Shown here: positions 1 to 8,455 of the stretch, one piece after another | How the letters are laid out: each line of letters opens with the position of its first letter | Position numbering within the stretch: the stretch's first letter is position 1 | Made by a program: the position numbers and the translations under genes | Notes under the pieces: generated by a model | Seen by the model: only the letters and a program-made list of their open reading frames with translations | Told to the model about the DNA's origin: nothing | Databases searched by the model: none | Source: a bacterium | GTDB lineage: Bacteria; Verrucomicrobiota; Kiritimatiellia; RFP12; UBA1067 | Assembly: GCA_037141675.1 (NCBI GenBank) | Contig: JBAXCC010000001.1 | Coordinates: 1 to 56,685 of the forward strand | Reading direction: 5' to 3' | Length of the DNA stretch: 56,685 nt

Positions 1-189
1 CCTTTGACAGCTTCCATCACTGCAAAGAAAAAGCCGGAAGACAAGATCCAGCTCGATTATGCGTTGACGGATGTAGCAGGGAATCGAATTTCGATGTGGG
101 GAGGCTCTGCAGAGAAGGGTAAACCCAAGTTTAAGGCCATTGGGCTTGACGGGAATAGCTTCTGGAGCGGTCAATTGGAGTATGGCTGA
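1..189 (+). CDS. 3' end of an unidentified CDS that starts upstream of the window
   Basis: Frame 1 is open from base 1 to TGA at 187-189. No recognisable motif in the 62 visible residues. Confidence 0.3.
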   Translation, partial: PLTASITAKKKPEDKIQLDYALTDVAGNRISMWGGSAEKGKPKFKAIGLDGNSFWSGQLEYG

Positions 190-334
190 GGAGGCACCTG
201 CACGTATCTGGGTCAGATACCAACAAATGCTCCATCATCATTCATCATTCGTCCAGTTCCTGTTGCTTCATCGTATGAAACGGTTGTGAAGGACACTCCG
301 TGGCCGTTGCAGAAGTAGGGGGCAACTTTTACCG

Positions 335-1285
335 TTACCCCCGCGAGGCGATGATGCGCGCTGCCAGACGTGTGGCAAATTCAGGTAGCTTGTCTCGCGT
401 CCAAGGAGTGATGATCTGTTGACGCGTATCCACCATAAGTTTTTTGTCCGCGAGTTCAGTGGCTTCACACGTCCAGAATACAGGCTTGCCGAGACCGATG
501 GCCAATCCAGCCTGGAAGTAAACCAATTGGCTTTGCCCCGTGAGGTCTGCCACAACGCAGTACGCTTTACGAATGCCGACAATAATTTCATCGGTGATTT
601 TGTTTGCGCATTCTTTGCTGTCTGCGCGGACAGGGGACAGTCCTGCCAACGTGATGCCTGCCGAAATGCCCTGCGTCCAGAAGAGGTCGGGTTCCTTTCC
701 AGGGATCAGGCAGACCATGGCAATAACTTTCTCCTGTGACGAGGCGTAGCTGTCAAGTGTTGCCCATCCTGCAGGCGTGAGACGATAGGGGAAGCCCTGT
801 TGCTGTTTGGTAGCAGCGTCCTCTTCGATGAGTCCTTTTTCGGCCAGATATTTTAAGCAAAAGAGCAACTCATTCTTGTTTGCACAGAAGCCTACGGATA
901 ACTCGTTGGGGGTGAACACGACGGTTTCGGCCAAGGACTTTGATTTGCGACGCATAAAGCGCATCAAGTATTCGCTCTTGGTTCCAAGATCTGTGTCGCG
1001 CGGTACAGCGACTTTCGCGGCAGCATCGAGTTCCGTCCACGATTTGAAGAGATCCACCGTGATCAGCAGCTTGTCATTCAGGATGTCCCACATGTTCCGG
1101 CAGAGGCCGGAGAGCAAATGGGTTGGCGGGAATGCGGGACGATTATTCAGAAGCTGCGTTTCAGCTAACGCCTGAATCTGAAAGCGTCCGCAACGCGGAC
1201 AATGGAGTTCAACGGTATTCGCGCCAGCGCTTTGGCGTGTGGTGTTAGGTGCGCGGCAAACGGGGCATATTTCTGTTGTACTCAT
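335..1285 (-). CDS. Three-domain protein: N-terminal zinc ribbon, winged-helix-like middle, C-terminal Rossmannoid domain resembling nucleoside 2-deoxyribosyltransferase/TIR-like folds
   Basis: 316-aa ORF; its ATG (1283-1285) overlaps the stop of the upstream ORF (ATGA). Contains CPVC...CPRC, the wHTH-like FCLKYLAEKGLIEE...YRLTPAGW, and C-terminal VIAMVCLIPG...VVADLTGQSQLVYFQAGLAIGLGKPVFW. Domain assignment is from memory of family motifs and was not searched. Confidence 0.6.
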   Translation of the reverse strand: MSTTEICPVCRAPNTTRQSAGANTVELHCPRCGRFQIQALAETQLLNNRPAFPPTHLLSGLCRNMWDILNDKLLITVDLFKSWTELDAAAKVAVPRDTDLGTKSEYLMRFMRRKSKSLAETVVFTPNELSVGFCANKNELLFCLKYLAEKGLIEEDAATKQQQGFPYRLTPAGWATLDSYASSQEKVIAMVCLIPGKEPDLFWTQGISAGITLAGLSPVRADSKECANKITDEIIVGIRKAYCVVADLTGQSQLVYFQAGLAIGLGKPVFWTCEATELADKKLMVDTRQQIITPWTRDKLPEFATRLAARIIASRG

Positions 1286-1659
1286 GATCGGTTCTCCTTA
1301 GGCCAATTTTTGATGATCTGCAAAAGAATACGGACAAACACGCATTCGCACGCGTTGCCGCATGATTGGAGGGAGTTCTTATGCAGGCAATAACCCGGGC
1401 AGCCACTTCCCAGCTTTTGTTCTGAAAATATGGGTCCGGTGTATAAGTCGTCAAGCGAATACACATCCAGCGCAAGTGCAGTTCCGCAGCTTGGGATCGT
1501 GTGACAAAAAACAAACAACCCTTCCCCCAGCACTTCAAAGTTGGCTTGATAACCATCTAAAACAACGTTTGGATCCGATAAGAAATGCTCTCGCGTCTTC
1601 CAAGCATATCCACATAGTGTACATACCTTGAAAGAGCCATTACTTTGTTCATTGCCCAT
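1282..1659 (-). CDS. Small cysteine-rich protein of unknown function (125 aa, 9 Cys)
   Basis: ORF translationally coupled (ATGA) to the downstream 316-aa gene. Motifs CTLC near the N-terminus and CPGYC...CGNACEC near the C-terminus. Confidence 0.5.
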   Translation of the reverse strand: MGNEQSNGSFKVCTLCGYAWKTREHFLSDPNVVLDGYQANFEVLGEGLFVFCHTIPSCGTALALDVYSLDDLYTGPIFSEQKLGSGCPGYCLHKNSLQSCGNACECVFVRILLQIIKNWPKENRS

Positions 1660-1864
1660 ACTGCTTAGCTCTCACTTGGGGCTCATTGTAATTTACTTCC
1701 TCTTCAGTAACAAGGCTAAAATGTTGGCTAAGAGGGCGTCGCGTGTAGGAATTATCAGAGTGGATGCCTTGCTGGGGAGCAGGCAAGGATCCCTTTACGC
1801 ATAGGATTAAGACTGCCCATATGAAAAAGCCTCTTCTCAGTTTGTAATCGTCTAAACGCTGGGG

Positions 1865-2398
1865 CTACTTTTTCTGGCTAACTGGTCCGCGGCGGGCCCA
1901 ATCGGGAACCTTGATGTCTTGGGATGGTGCATCCGCCGGGGTGAATGGTTTAAGATCCAGGACTGGGGTACCATCGAATGCGTCAATCGCGTCGAGTTGG
2001 ATGAGGTTGCCGGTCACGCTCTTCATGCGGCATACGCTCAGTGCGATGAGATTTGGGCGGAACGGCGAGCGGCATGCGAAAACGCCGGTGAGCGGATTGT
2101 CCTTGTTCCCGCGCGGATGAACGCGCAGGGTCTTTCGTTTCTCAGGCGTATCGTTTTTGTCAAACCAGTAGATGACCTGGACGTGCGACCACTGTTCGAG
2201 CCCCAGCAACCCATCCACGTAGGTATCGAAGAGGCGCACGCCTGCAACTCCATCCTTTAGCTCAACCTTTCCGATGGGAACCAGTTTGTATGAGGTGTCG
2301 CTTACGGGAGCGGCCTCTTCAGCTATCCCCGAGGCTGCATATCCAGCGACTCCCAGCACCGCACTATTCATCATGAACTTGCGTCTTGATGTCTTCAT
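1865..2398 (-). CDS. TsaA/TrmO (YaeB)-family protein with a twin-arginine signal peptide
   Basis: N-terminus MKTSRRKFMMNSAVLGVAGYAASGIA has a Tat-like SRRxF motif plus h-region. Core LTGVFACRSPFRPNLIALSVCRM...DGTPVLDLKPF matches the TsaA-like family signature. Its ATG overlaps the upstream stop (ATGA at 2395-2398). Confidence 0.7.
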   Translation of the reverse strand: MKTSRRKFMMNSAVLGVAGYAASGIAEEAAPVSDTSYKLVPIGKVELKDGVAGVRLFDTYVDGLLGLEQWSHVQVIYWFDKNDTPEKRKTLRVHPRGNKDNPLTGVFACRSPFRPNLIALSVCRMKSVTGNLIQLDAIDAFDGTPVLDLKPFTPADAPSQDIKVPDWARRGPVSQKK

Positions 2399-3810
2399 TT
2401 CCCTGCCTCCTTTGTAAGTAGAAAATCATGTAACCCTGCCAGGTTGTCGGTGTTGATCAAATCCACACCGGCATCCAGCAAGACAGACCAGCCAGCAGGG
2501 GAGTCCGGAGCGTTCCAGAAGCGTATGCGTCTGCCCTGTGCATGCGCTTGGGCAACGAGTGTCTTCAGTTTCGCCTGCTCTTGCTCGGGGAGCGGGCCTT
2601 TGCCTCGCCACTTAAAATGCTTGCCCCAGTTGTCACTGATCATGGGTATGAGATGGGGAGATGCCGGTTTTTTCAAATCGTCAAGACGTCCATCGTAAGA
2701 CACGTATATGACCTTTTCTGCCTCCATTAATGCACGGGGGCGATTTCCGGAAATGATGATCATCACAGCATTTGTTTCTGTCCGGTCCGTGGTGAAAGAA
2801 GTCAGCATCTTCTCATACGGCTTGAGTATCGCTGTCAACGTGTGATAGGTGTTGGTTGCGTCGGATTTGAAGTCAATGAAGAGGGTTAGCATGGGGCTAT
2901 TGGGATACACGCGTCCGCCATTCGCCTTGACACGTTCCAGCAGCGGGTCTAAATAGAGCTTCTGCAGCGTCCGTTCCTTCTGCACCGCCTTGAGTTCATG
3001 AGCCACTAGCAATTGCCCCTCAACAAGCCACACATCAGCCTCAACGCTGCAGAACCCTTGATCCAACGCATCTAGCAACGGACGGGTATGCTCATAATCA
3101 TTGTGCGCATGGGCACGCAGTAGGGGAGTAATGTTTTCAGCACCTTGGGATAAGACGGCCTCAGGAGCTTCAATCGCAGCATCGATTTTCTTGCGCCATG
3201 TGCGATACGTTTCCGAACATTTTGAACAAACGAACTGCTTAAGTGTTGCCGGCTTCTCTGGCGGCCCACCGACGCATCCACCGCAATAAGGAATATCAGC
3301 ATTTCGGAACGTGGTAAGCAGTGCCTCGTCATATCCTCCCGGACGGATGGGAAATCCGTAGGAGACTGGCACATCAGCCTCTGCCATTTTTATTCTGTGA
3401 ATCTCACACATGCCAGCTTCCAGTCCAAGCCCTGCCAATATTATCGCACGCTGCTTATAGAGCGCAGATAGTCGGGATTTGTGAGCGGCCACGGCCTCAT
3501 CAAGACTCTCTTGGCGCTCACCCAAACGCTCTTGGAAAATTGTAACCTCTTCTGAAAGCGCCCTTAGTATAGCAGCATCCTTGCTCTTCTCAGTTGCTTT
3601 ATCTGCTTCAGCCTCTTTCAGTTGGTTCTTAGTCAACTCGATTTCCAATGCTTTTTCTCTCACGACTATCGCATGAACGAGCTGATTGGCTTGTATGTCG
3701 GTGTCTATGTCATCAAGACGATGAAGCGTATTCGTGTCAACAGTCTGAGCAATACAGGTGAATGAGAGTGCTGTCAGGCAAAGGGCAAGACTGGTATAAA
3801 ACTCTTTCAT
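2395..3810 (-). CDS. Exported coiled-coil protein with C-terminal AIM6/PI-PLC-X-like glycerophosphodiester phosphodiesterase domain
   Basis: Signal peptide MKEFYTSLALCLTALSFTCIAQT, a Glu/Lys/Ala-rich coiled-coil segment, CGGC...CSKC, and C-terminal HAHNDYEH...SVEADVWL...VAHE. Confidence 0.65.
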   Translation of the reverse strand: MKEFYTSLALCLTALSFTCIAQTVDTNTLHRLDDIDTDIQANQLVHAIVVREKALEIELTKNQLKEAEADKATEKSKDAAILRALSEEVTIFQERLGERQESLDEAVAAHKSRLSALYKQRAIILAGLGLEAGMCEIHRIKMAEADVPVSYGFPIRPGGYDEALLTTFRNADIPYCGGCVGGPPEKPATLKQFVCSKCSETYRTWRKKIDAAIEAPEAVLSQGAENITPLLRAHAHNDYEHTRPLLDALDQGFCSVEADVWLVEGQLLVAHELKAVQKERTLQKLYLDPLLERVKANGGRVYPNSPMLTLFIDFKSDATNTYHTLTAILKPYEKMLTSFTTDRTETNAVMIIISGNRPRALMEAEKVIYVSYDGRLDDLKKPASPHLIPMISDNWGKHFKWRGKGPLPEQEQAKLKTLVAQAHAQGRRIRFWNAPDSPAGWSVLLDAGVDLINTDNLAGLHDFLLTKEAGK

Positions 3811-3877
3811 AATCGTTCCTTGTGATAAATGAAATCATCCGGTTCGACCATTTATCGAATGCCTGACGCGAAGCCCT

Positions 3878-3912
3878 AATAACGCAATAAGGCAATAACG
3901 CAATAAGGCAAT
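3878..3912. repeat. Tandem repeat AATAACGCAATAAGGC x2.2 (equivalently AATAASGC x4.4)
   Basis: Read directly: unit at 3878-3893, identical unit at 3894-3909, then AAT. Lies between the ABC ATPase stop and the phosphodiesterase start. Confidence 0.9.
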
Positions 3913-3916
3913 TTCC

Positions 3917-4837
3917 CTAAACCGACTGCTTGAGATATTCTTCTTCCAGCGTACTGCCTTGGGTGATGGTCACGATGCCACATTGGGAGAGGATGAAGGG
4001 GATCATGCGCTGGTTGAGTTCCGCTGCTGGGATGGCCTTTTCAGCATAGTGGCAGGTGAGCGTGTTATTTTCAGGATTGAATTTCAGGGTGCCGTTTTCT
4101 CCGAGTACCTGCTCGAGGGCGTTCAGATCGGAGGGTGCGCCGGTGAGTGTATAGACAAGGATGCTGGCCTTGTTCGTAATGTTATCAACCGGGGCAAAGC
4201 GTACGGTCTTGCCGTGCTCGATGAAGGCGACATGGTCGCAGAGCTGTTCAATGTCGTTCAGGTTGTGCGAGCTGATGACAATCGTCTGCTCAGTCCTGCG
4301 CTTGGCAATGAAGGCGCGCATGCGCGCAGCTTCGCGCGGATCAAGACCGTTGAGCGGTTCGTCTAAGAGGATGATTTCCGGATTGCCGAGGAAGCATTGC
4401 CCTGCCATGATGCGTTTGCGCATGCCATGCGAGAGCGAGCGGATCGGCGAGTTTGCACGGTCGCCGAGGTTGACGGCTTCCAGCATGTCGGAGGCTGATT
4501 TTTTTGCGGTCTGCAGGGAGAGCCCCTGTAAACGGCCGTAATGCGTCAATAACTCCAGCGGACAGCTTGTAAGCGGCAGTTCCGAATCTTGCGGCAGGAT
4601 TGCAAAGCGTCCGCCATGAACATCCGCGTCAAAGGGCCCGTTGCCCAGCAGATTGATTTGGCCTGAGTTGGGGGTGAGGAATCCTGCGATGGTCATCATC
4701 AGTGTTGTCTTGCCAGCGCCGTTTGAACCGACGAGCCCTGTGACGCTATAGCGCGGTATGCGCAACGTCAAGCCGTCTAAAGCGCGGCGCTTGCCATAGC
4801 ATTTGACCAGATTAGTGACTTCGAGTGCAGTGATCAT
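3917..4837 (-). CDS. ABC transporter ATP-binding protein
   Basis: Walker A GSNGAGKTT, signature LSHGMRKR, Walker B ILLDEP. Confidence 0.9.
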   Translation of the reverse strand: MITALEVTNLVKCYGKRRALDGLTLRIPRYSVTGLVGSNGAGKTTLMMTIAGFLTPNSGQINLLGNGPFDADVHGGRFAILPQDSELPLTSCPLELLTHYGRLQGLSLQTAKKSASDMLEAVNLGDRANSPIRSLSHGMRKRIMAGQCFLGNPEIILLDEPLNGLDPREAARMRAFIAKRRTEQTIVISSHNLNDIEQLCDHVAFIEHGKTVRFAPVDNITNKASILVYTLTGAPSDLNALEQVLGENGTLKFNPENNTLTCHYAEKAIPAAELNQRMIPFILSQCGIVTITQGSTLEEEYLKQSV

Positions 4838-4839
4838 GA

Positions 4840-5745
4840 TTAGAGGTCGCGTTTTCTAAAGAAGAAGTAGCCGATGCCCAGATAGGTGAAGCCCAGTACA
4901 ATCAAGAAGATCGAGCCTGTAATAAGCGGCTGCGCGCTGCTTCGCCACAAGAGCATTTCATAGTCAGAGGGGAAGAGTGCAGCGATGTATGGCAAGATGA
5001 CTTGCCAGCCTTTGCCTGACGTGAAGAGGGTGGTGACGCCCGTGATAATGGCGAGGCCGACAAGGCTGAGAATGCCAAAGATGGTTGATTTGCTCGCTGA
5101 CTTTGTGAAGAGGGAGAGCCCCATAATCAGGCCGACGAAGGGGATGGAATAGATCCAGGCTCGCACCGCCCAGAAGCCCATGTTCCAGACGATTTCAATG
5201 GGTGCATAACGTCCGAGACGCCAGCGGGCCACAGCATACGCGCAGACGCCGATGATGATGACAGCCAAGGCGATGAGCGATACTTGCCCGAAAAACTTTC
5301 CAAGCACCCAGGCGCCACGCGATGTCCGGAAGGCAATATAGCGTACGGCCCCTGAGCCCATCTCTTCCGGGATCCGATTGGCGGCAATCAGGACGACCAG
5401 CAGGGGCATGTAGAAGAAGGAGAGCCAAGCATAGATGAGCTCGACAGGGTTCTTGCCCTGAATATCGTCAAAGACCTTATTACTCTTTGATACTTGCCGC
5501 ATGATACCCTGAAAGGGCTTTGACTTCCAGAGCGTCGTGGCAATAGCGCCCGGGTTTTCCGAGGCGGGCAAGAGCAATACAGAAGCGAGTTCCTTTTCGA
5601 CTTTCTGGAGCAGGCTGATGGACCAGTACATGGTGCCGACCGAGGTGGCCATGTAGAGCAACAACGCGACGAGTGCACGCCGGCTACGCAGTGCATCGAA
5701 CCACTCATAGCAGGTCATTCGCCAAACATGTATGAATTGTGTCAT
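4840..5745 (-). CDS. ABC-2-type transporter permease
   Basis: 301-aa polytopic membrane protein with several long hydrophobic segments. Ends 2 nt upstream of the ATPase start. Confidence 0.7.
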   Translation of the reverse strand: MTQFIHVWRMTCYEWFDALRSRRALVALLLYMATSVGTMYWSISLLQKVEKELASVLLLPASENPGAIATTLWKSKPFQGIMRQVSKSNKVFDDIQGKNPVELIYAWLSFFYMPLLVVLIAANRIPEEMGSGAVRYIAFRTSRGAWVLGKFFGQVSLIALAVIIIGVCAYAVARWRLGRYAPIEIVWNMGFWAVRAWIYSIPFVGLIMGLSLFTKSASKSTIFGILSLVGLAIITGVTTLFTSGKGWQVILPYIAALFPSDYEMLLWRSSAQPLITGSIFLIVLGFTYLGIGYFFFRKRDL

Positions 5746-5760
5746 GATGGGTCTCTTGCC

Positions 5761-6483
5761 TTAACGTGCAAAGGGAGGGCGCATGGGCTTCATGGCTTGA
5801 AGTTTGTCCTGAACCTCTGTCAGGGGCTCAATCACGTTCGGGTCGATAAAGTCGGTCATCTGCATTTTTCCGACCTCGGATTGCTTGTCTTGCGGGACAG
5901 CTTTGAAGAGCGAGTCATACGCCGTCGTCATGGATGTTGTCATCTCCGCGACAACGCGGATGCCCTGTTCGGTTGTCATCTCAGGTGCATTTTTGACTTC
6001 GGTTGCGAGCCCTTTCATGGTATCGAACATGGTTTGATTCATCGTGTTGATGGCATTGTCAAAAGCTGTTTGCTGCTCGACGGTCTTCAATCCGAGTTTG
6101 TCCATCATCTGTGCCCGCGCAAGTTCAGCGCGGGTCCGCCAGAGTTCCTTGGCTTCATCGATGCGTGCGCGCAGGTCTTCAGGCGAGATGCGTTCGCGGT
6201 GCGCGTGATGTGCCGGCGCGTTTGTATTCGTCAGGTCGATGGTGATAGCGTTAGTGGCAACGTCAGGCGTCTGGTTAGTTATGGCCGGTGCGCGCTTGCG
6301 AGGTTTGGTGGCTTTATCCGGAATTTGAACCATGCGTGTGATGTTGTTCAGCGCATCTGTATTCTTCTGCGTGGACACTTCCATGCGAACAGCTGATTCA
6401 ATCCGTGTATCTTCGTTCGGCAGCCAGCGTCCGATCAGCAGGCCTGCCAGCAAAGCAAAGGGAAGCAGATGCCAAAGTTTCAT
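5761..6483 (-). CDS. Membrane-anchored or secreted hypothetical protein
   Basis: N-terminal hydrophobic segment MKLWHLLPFALLAGLLIG. Same strand and tight spacing within the operon. No family recognised. Confidence 0.6.
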   Translation of the reverse strand: MKLWHLLPFALLAGLLIGRWLPNEDTRIESAVRMEVSTQKNTDALNNITRMVQIPDKATKPRKRAPAITNQTPDVATNAITIDLTNTNAPAHHAHRERISPEDLRARIDEAKELWRTRAELARAQMMDKLGLKTVEQQTAFDNAINTMNQTMFDTMKGLATEVKNAPEMTTEQGIRVVAEMTTSMTTAYDSLFKAVPQDKQSEVGKMQMTDFIDPNVIEPLTEVQDKLQAMKPMRPPFAR

Positions 6484-6494
6484 AAGAATTGCCT

Positions 6495-7256
6495 CTAGTA
6501 CGTAATATTAAAATCAATAACCGTGGACGGCAATCTGAACTTGCGCGTCAACAGGTTGGCCAGTGCGCGGACGCCTGTCAGCTCTGTTGCATAGTGGCCT
6601 GCAAAGACGGCGTTCATTTTGAGATTTTCAGCCTGGTTGTAGCCTTGCAGGCTGGGTTCGCCCGTCAGAAATGCATCCACGCCAAGGGCCTTGGCCTCAG
6701 CAATCATATCTGCCCCGCCTCCGGAGACGATACCGATTTTCTTGACCTTTTTCGGGCCGAAGTCAAGCGCCTGATACGTAGAGGAGACGTGTTGCCCAAT
6801 GAGGGCACAAAAGTCCGCGAACGCAAGGGCCTTCGGCAACGTCCCGGTCACGCCAATCGTATTTCCATGGTAGGAGAAGGCGGGTTTGATGTGACCCAGC
6901 TTGAGGATCTTTGCAAGTTGCGCATTGTTGCCATAGAGCGGATGCGCATCAAGGGGCAGATGGGAGGCGTATACGGCGATGTTGTGTGTGATCGCGAAGG
7001 AGACGAGCTCGTAATTTAAATCGGTGATGCGCTTTAGAGAGTCAGCCCAGCTTAATCCATGATGGCAGATGACAAAGTCCGCACCTTGCTCGTGAGCTGC
7101 TTGAAGAAAGCGCAGACTCGCATCAACGCCAACCGCAATCGAAGAGACACTGCCCGCATTGGCGATTTGGAGTCCGTTGTTAGAGGAGTCAGTGAAGGCA
7201 TTGTTCTGGAGTGTATGGTCCAAAAACTGCGCAATGCGTTGAAGCGATAGACTCAT
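6495..7256 (-). CDS. Nif3-family dinuclear metal centre protein (GTP cyclohydrolase 1 type 2 homologue)
   Basis: LDHTL...DSSNNGLQI...GADFVICHHGLSW at the N-terminus and ...AGHYATE near the C-terminus, typical of Nif3/YbgI. Confidence 0.8.
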   Translation of the reverse strand: MSLSLQRIAQFLDHTLQNNAFTDSSNNGLQIANAGSVSSIAVGVDASLRFLQAAHEQGADFVICHHGLSWADSLKRITDLNYELVSFAITHNIAVYASHLPLDAHPLYGNNAQLAKILKLGHIKPAFSYHGNTIGVTGTLPKALAFADFCALIGQHVSSTYQALDFGPKKVKKIGIVSGGGADMIAEAKALGVDAFLTGEPSLQGYNQAENLKMNAVFAGHYATELTGVRALANLLTRKFRLPSTVIDFNITY

Positions 7257-7282
7257 AGAGCATGCCTTACTGAAGGTGTTTG

Positions 7283-8278
7283 TTATTGCGGCGGCGGAGG
7301 CGGTGTGCCCGCGTGCTTGGTTCCGGTTGTCTTTCCGTTTTTGGGTGCACTGGTTGCGACGGGTGCGGGTGTCCCAGCGAAGGCCTTGTTCAAGAGTTCC
7401 TTGGCTTTCGCATCGCGCAGCAGGCGCGCCTCGCTGCCCATCAATGCAATAATGACACGCCGGTTATCACGCTTGCACGTGACGACGATCGACCAACCGG
7501 CAATCTCCGTGAACCCTGTCTTAAAGCCGTCACAGCCGTCCACGTGATCTTTGAGGAAGGGGTTATGGGTACGCATAATGAATGGTTTTGGCGTCCCTTC
7601 ACGGAACGTACGTTCAACAACGGAGGTGTAGCTGAAGATATCTGGATACTTACAAAGCTCGCGACCAATCTTAGCCATGTCCCGTGGTGTTGACTTGTCA
7701 TGTTCGGGATCCGCGCTGGTCGTTAAGCCGTTTGGCGTGATGAAATGAGAACTGGTCATGCCCAGTGCCTTTGCCCGCGCATTCATGAGTTCGCAGAAGG
7801 CTTCCGTTGTGCCTGAGACGTGTTCGGCTAAGGCAACCGCCGCGTCATTGGCGGACTGGATCATTAAGGCATAGAGCAACTCCTGAACGGTGAACGTCTC
7901 TTTCGGGTCAAGGTAGACTTGAGAACCGCCAGTCTTGTAGGCTTTTGTGGAGACTTTGACTTGGTCCGAGAGTTTGACACTTCCATCCGCAATCTTTTCT
8001 TCGATGACCAGAAGGGTCATCATTTTGAGTGTGCTGGCAGGGTAACATACGGCATCAGCATTATCTTCAAATAAGACGGCTCCGGAATCCGCATCAATAA
8101 TGATTGCACCGATATATGGATTCTTAGAGATGCACCCCTTCACTTTTTTGGGGGCTTCAGCGGTTGCCTCTTTTGTTGGCGAACTCTTTTTAGAAGGTGC
8201 CTTCTTGGTTGATGTGGCTGAAAAACCTGAACCGGCAGCCAAAACGCAAACGAGAATATAGGGGAGAAGTTGTTTCAT
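7283..8278 (-). CDS. D-alanyl-D-alanine carboxypeptidase (S11 peptidase, PBP5/6-like)
   Basis: SxxK (ASTLK), SxN (SAND) and KTG (KTGFT) motifs in the correct order, plus a signal peptide. Confidence 0.85.
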   Translation of the reverse strand: MKQLLPYILVCVLAAGSGFSATSTKKAPSKKSSPTKEATAEAPKKVKGCISKNPYIGAIIIDADSGAVLFEDNADAVCYPASTLKMMTLLVIEEKIADGSVKLSDQVKVSTKAYKTGGSQVYLDPKETFTVQELLYALMIQSANDAAVALAEHVSGTTEAFCELMNARAKALGMTSSHFITPNGLTTSADPEHDKSTPRDMAKIGRELCKYPDIFSYTSVVERTFREGTPKPFIMRTHNPFLKDHVDGCDGFKTGFTEIAGWSIVVTCKRDNRRVIIALMGSEARLLRDAKAKELLNKAFAGTPAPVATSAPKNGKTTGTKHAGTPPPPPQ

Positions 8279-8455
8279 GCGGTAAATCGGTGTCCTTTCG
8301 AATATTTTTTGAGGTCGTTATTTAATCACTTTTTTTCTCTGTTGGAAAGCCGTTATTTTAAAAAAGGGAATATCCTGTTGTTTGCAGACTTGTATAAACC
8401 CTTTAAATTCGGTATCTTATTTAACCTAATTTCTGAAATGGAAGGCTTAAACGAG

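Noticed and set aside
1762-1791. Hairpin GGATGCCTTGC...GCAAGGATCC downstream of the TrmO-like gene as a terminator
   Set aside because: The stem has a bulge and is not followed by a T-run on the minus strand. It is too weak to call.
3838-3860. GGTTCGA-containing stretch that briefly looked like a tRNA T-arm
   Set aside because: No acceptor stem, D-arm or anticodon arm can be built around it. It is simply the loop of an AT-rich 8-bp hairpin.
5728-6396. 222-aa plus-strand ORF antisense to the 5761-6483 gene
   Set aside because: Its Cys/His/Arg-rich composition is typical of a shadow frame. It runs opposite to a tightly spaced minus-strand operon, whereas the minus-strand ORF has a signal/anchor segment and fits the operon.
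8270-8455. N-terminal extensions offered by the ORF track: hom from 8270, the TPR lipoprotein to 23737, the OMF from 29474, rnfB from 38412, rnfA from 37870 and TetR from 24378
   Set aside because: The extensions overlap neighbouring genes or use TTG/GTG codons. Downstream ATGs give canonical N-termini (NAD-binding loop, lipoboxes, RsxA-like start), often with a purine-rich RBS.
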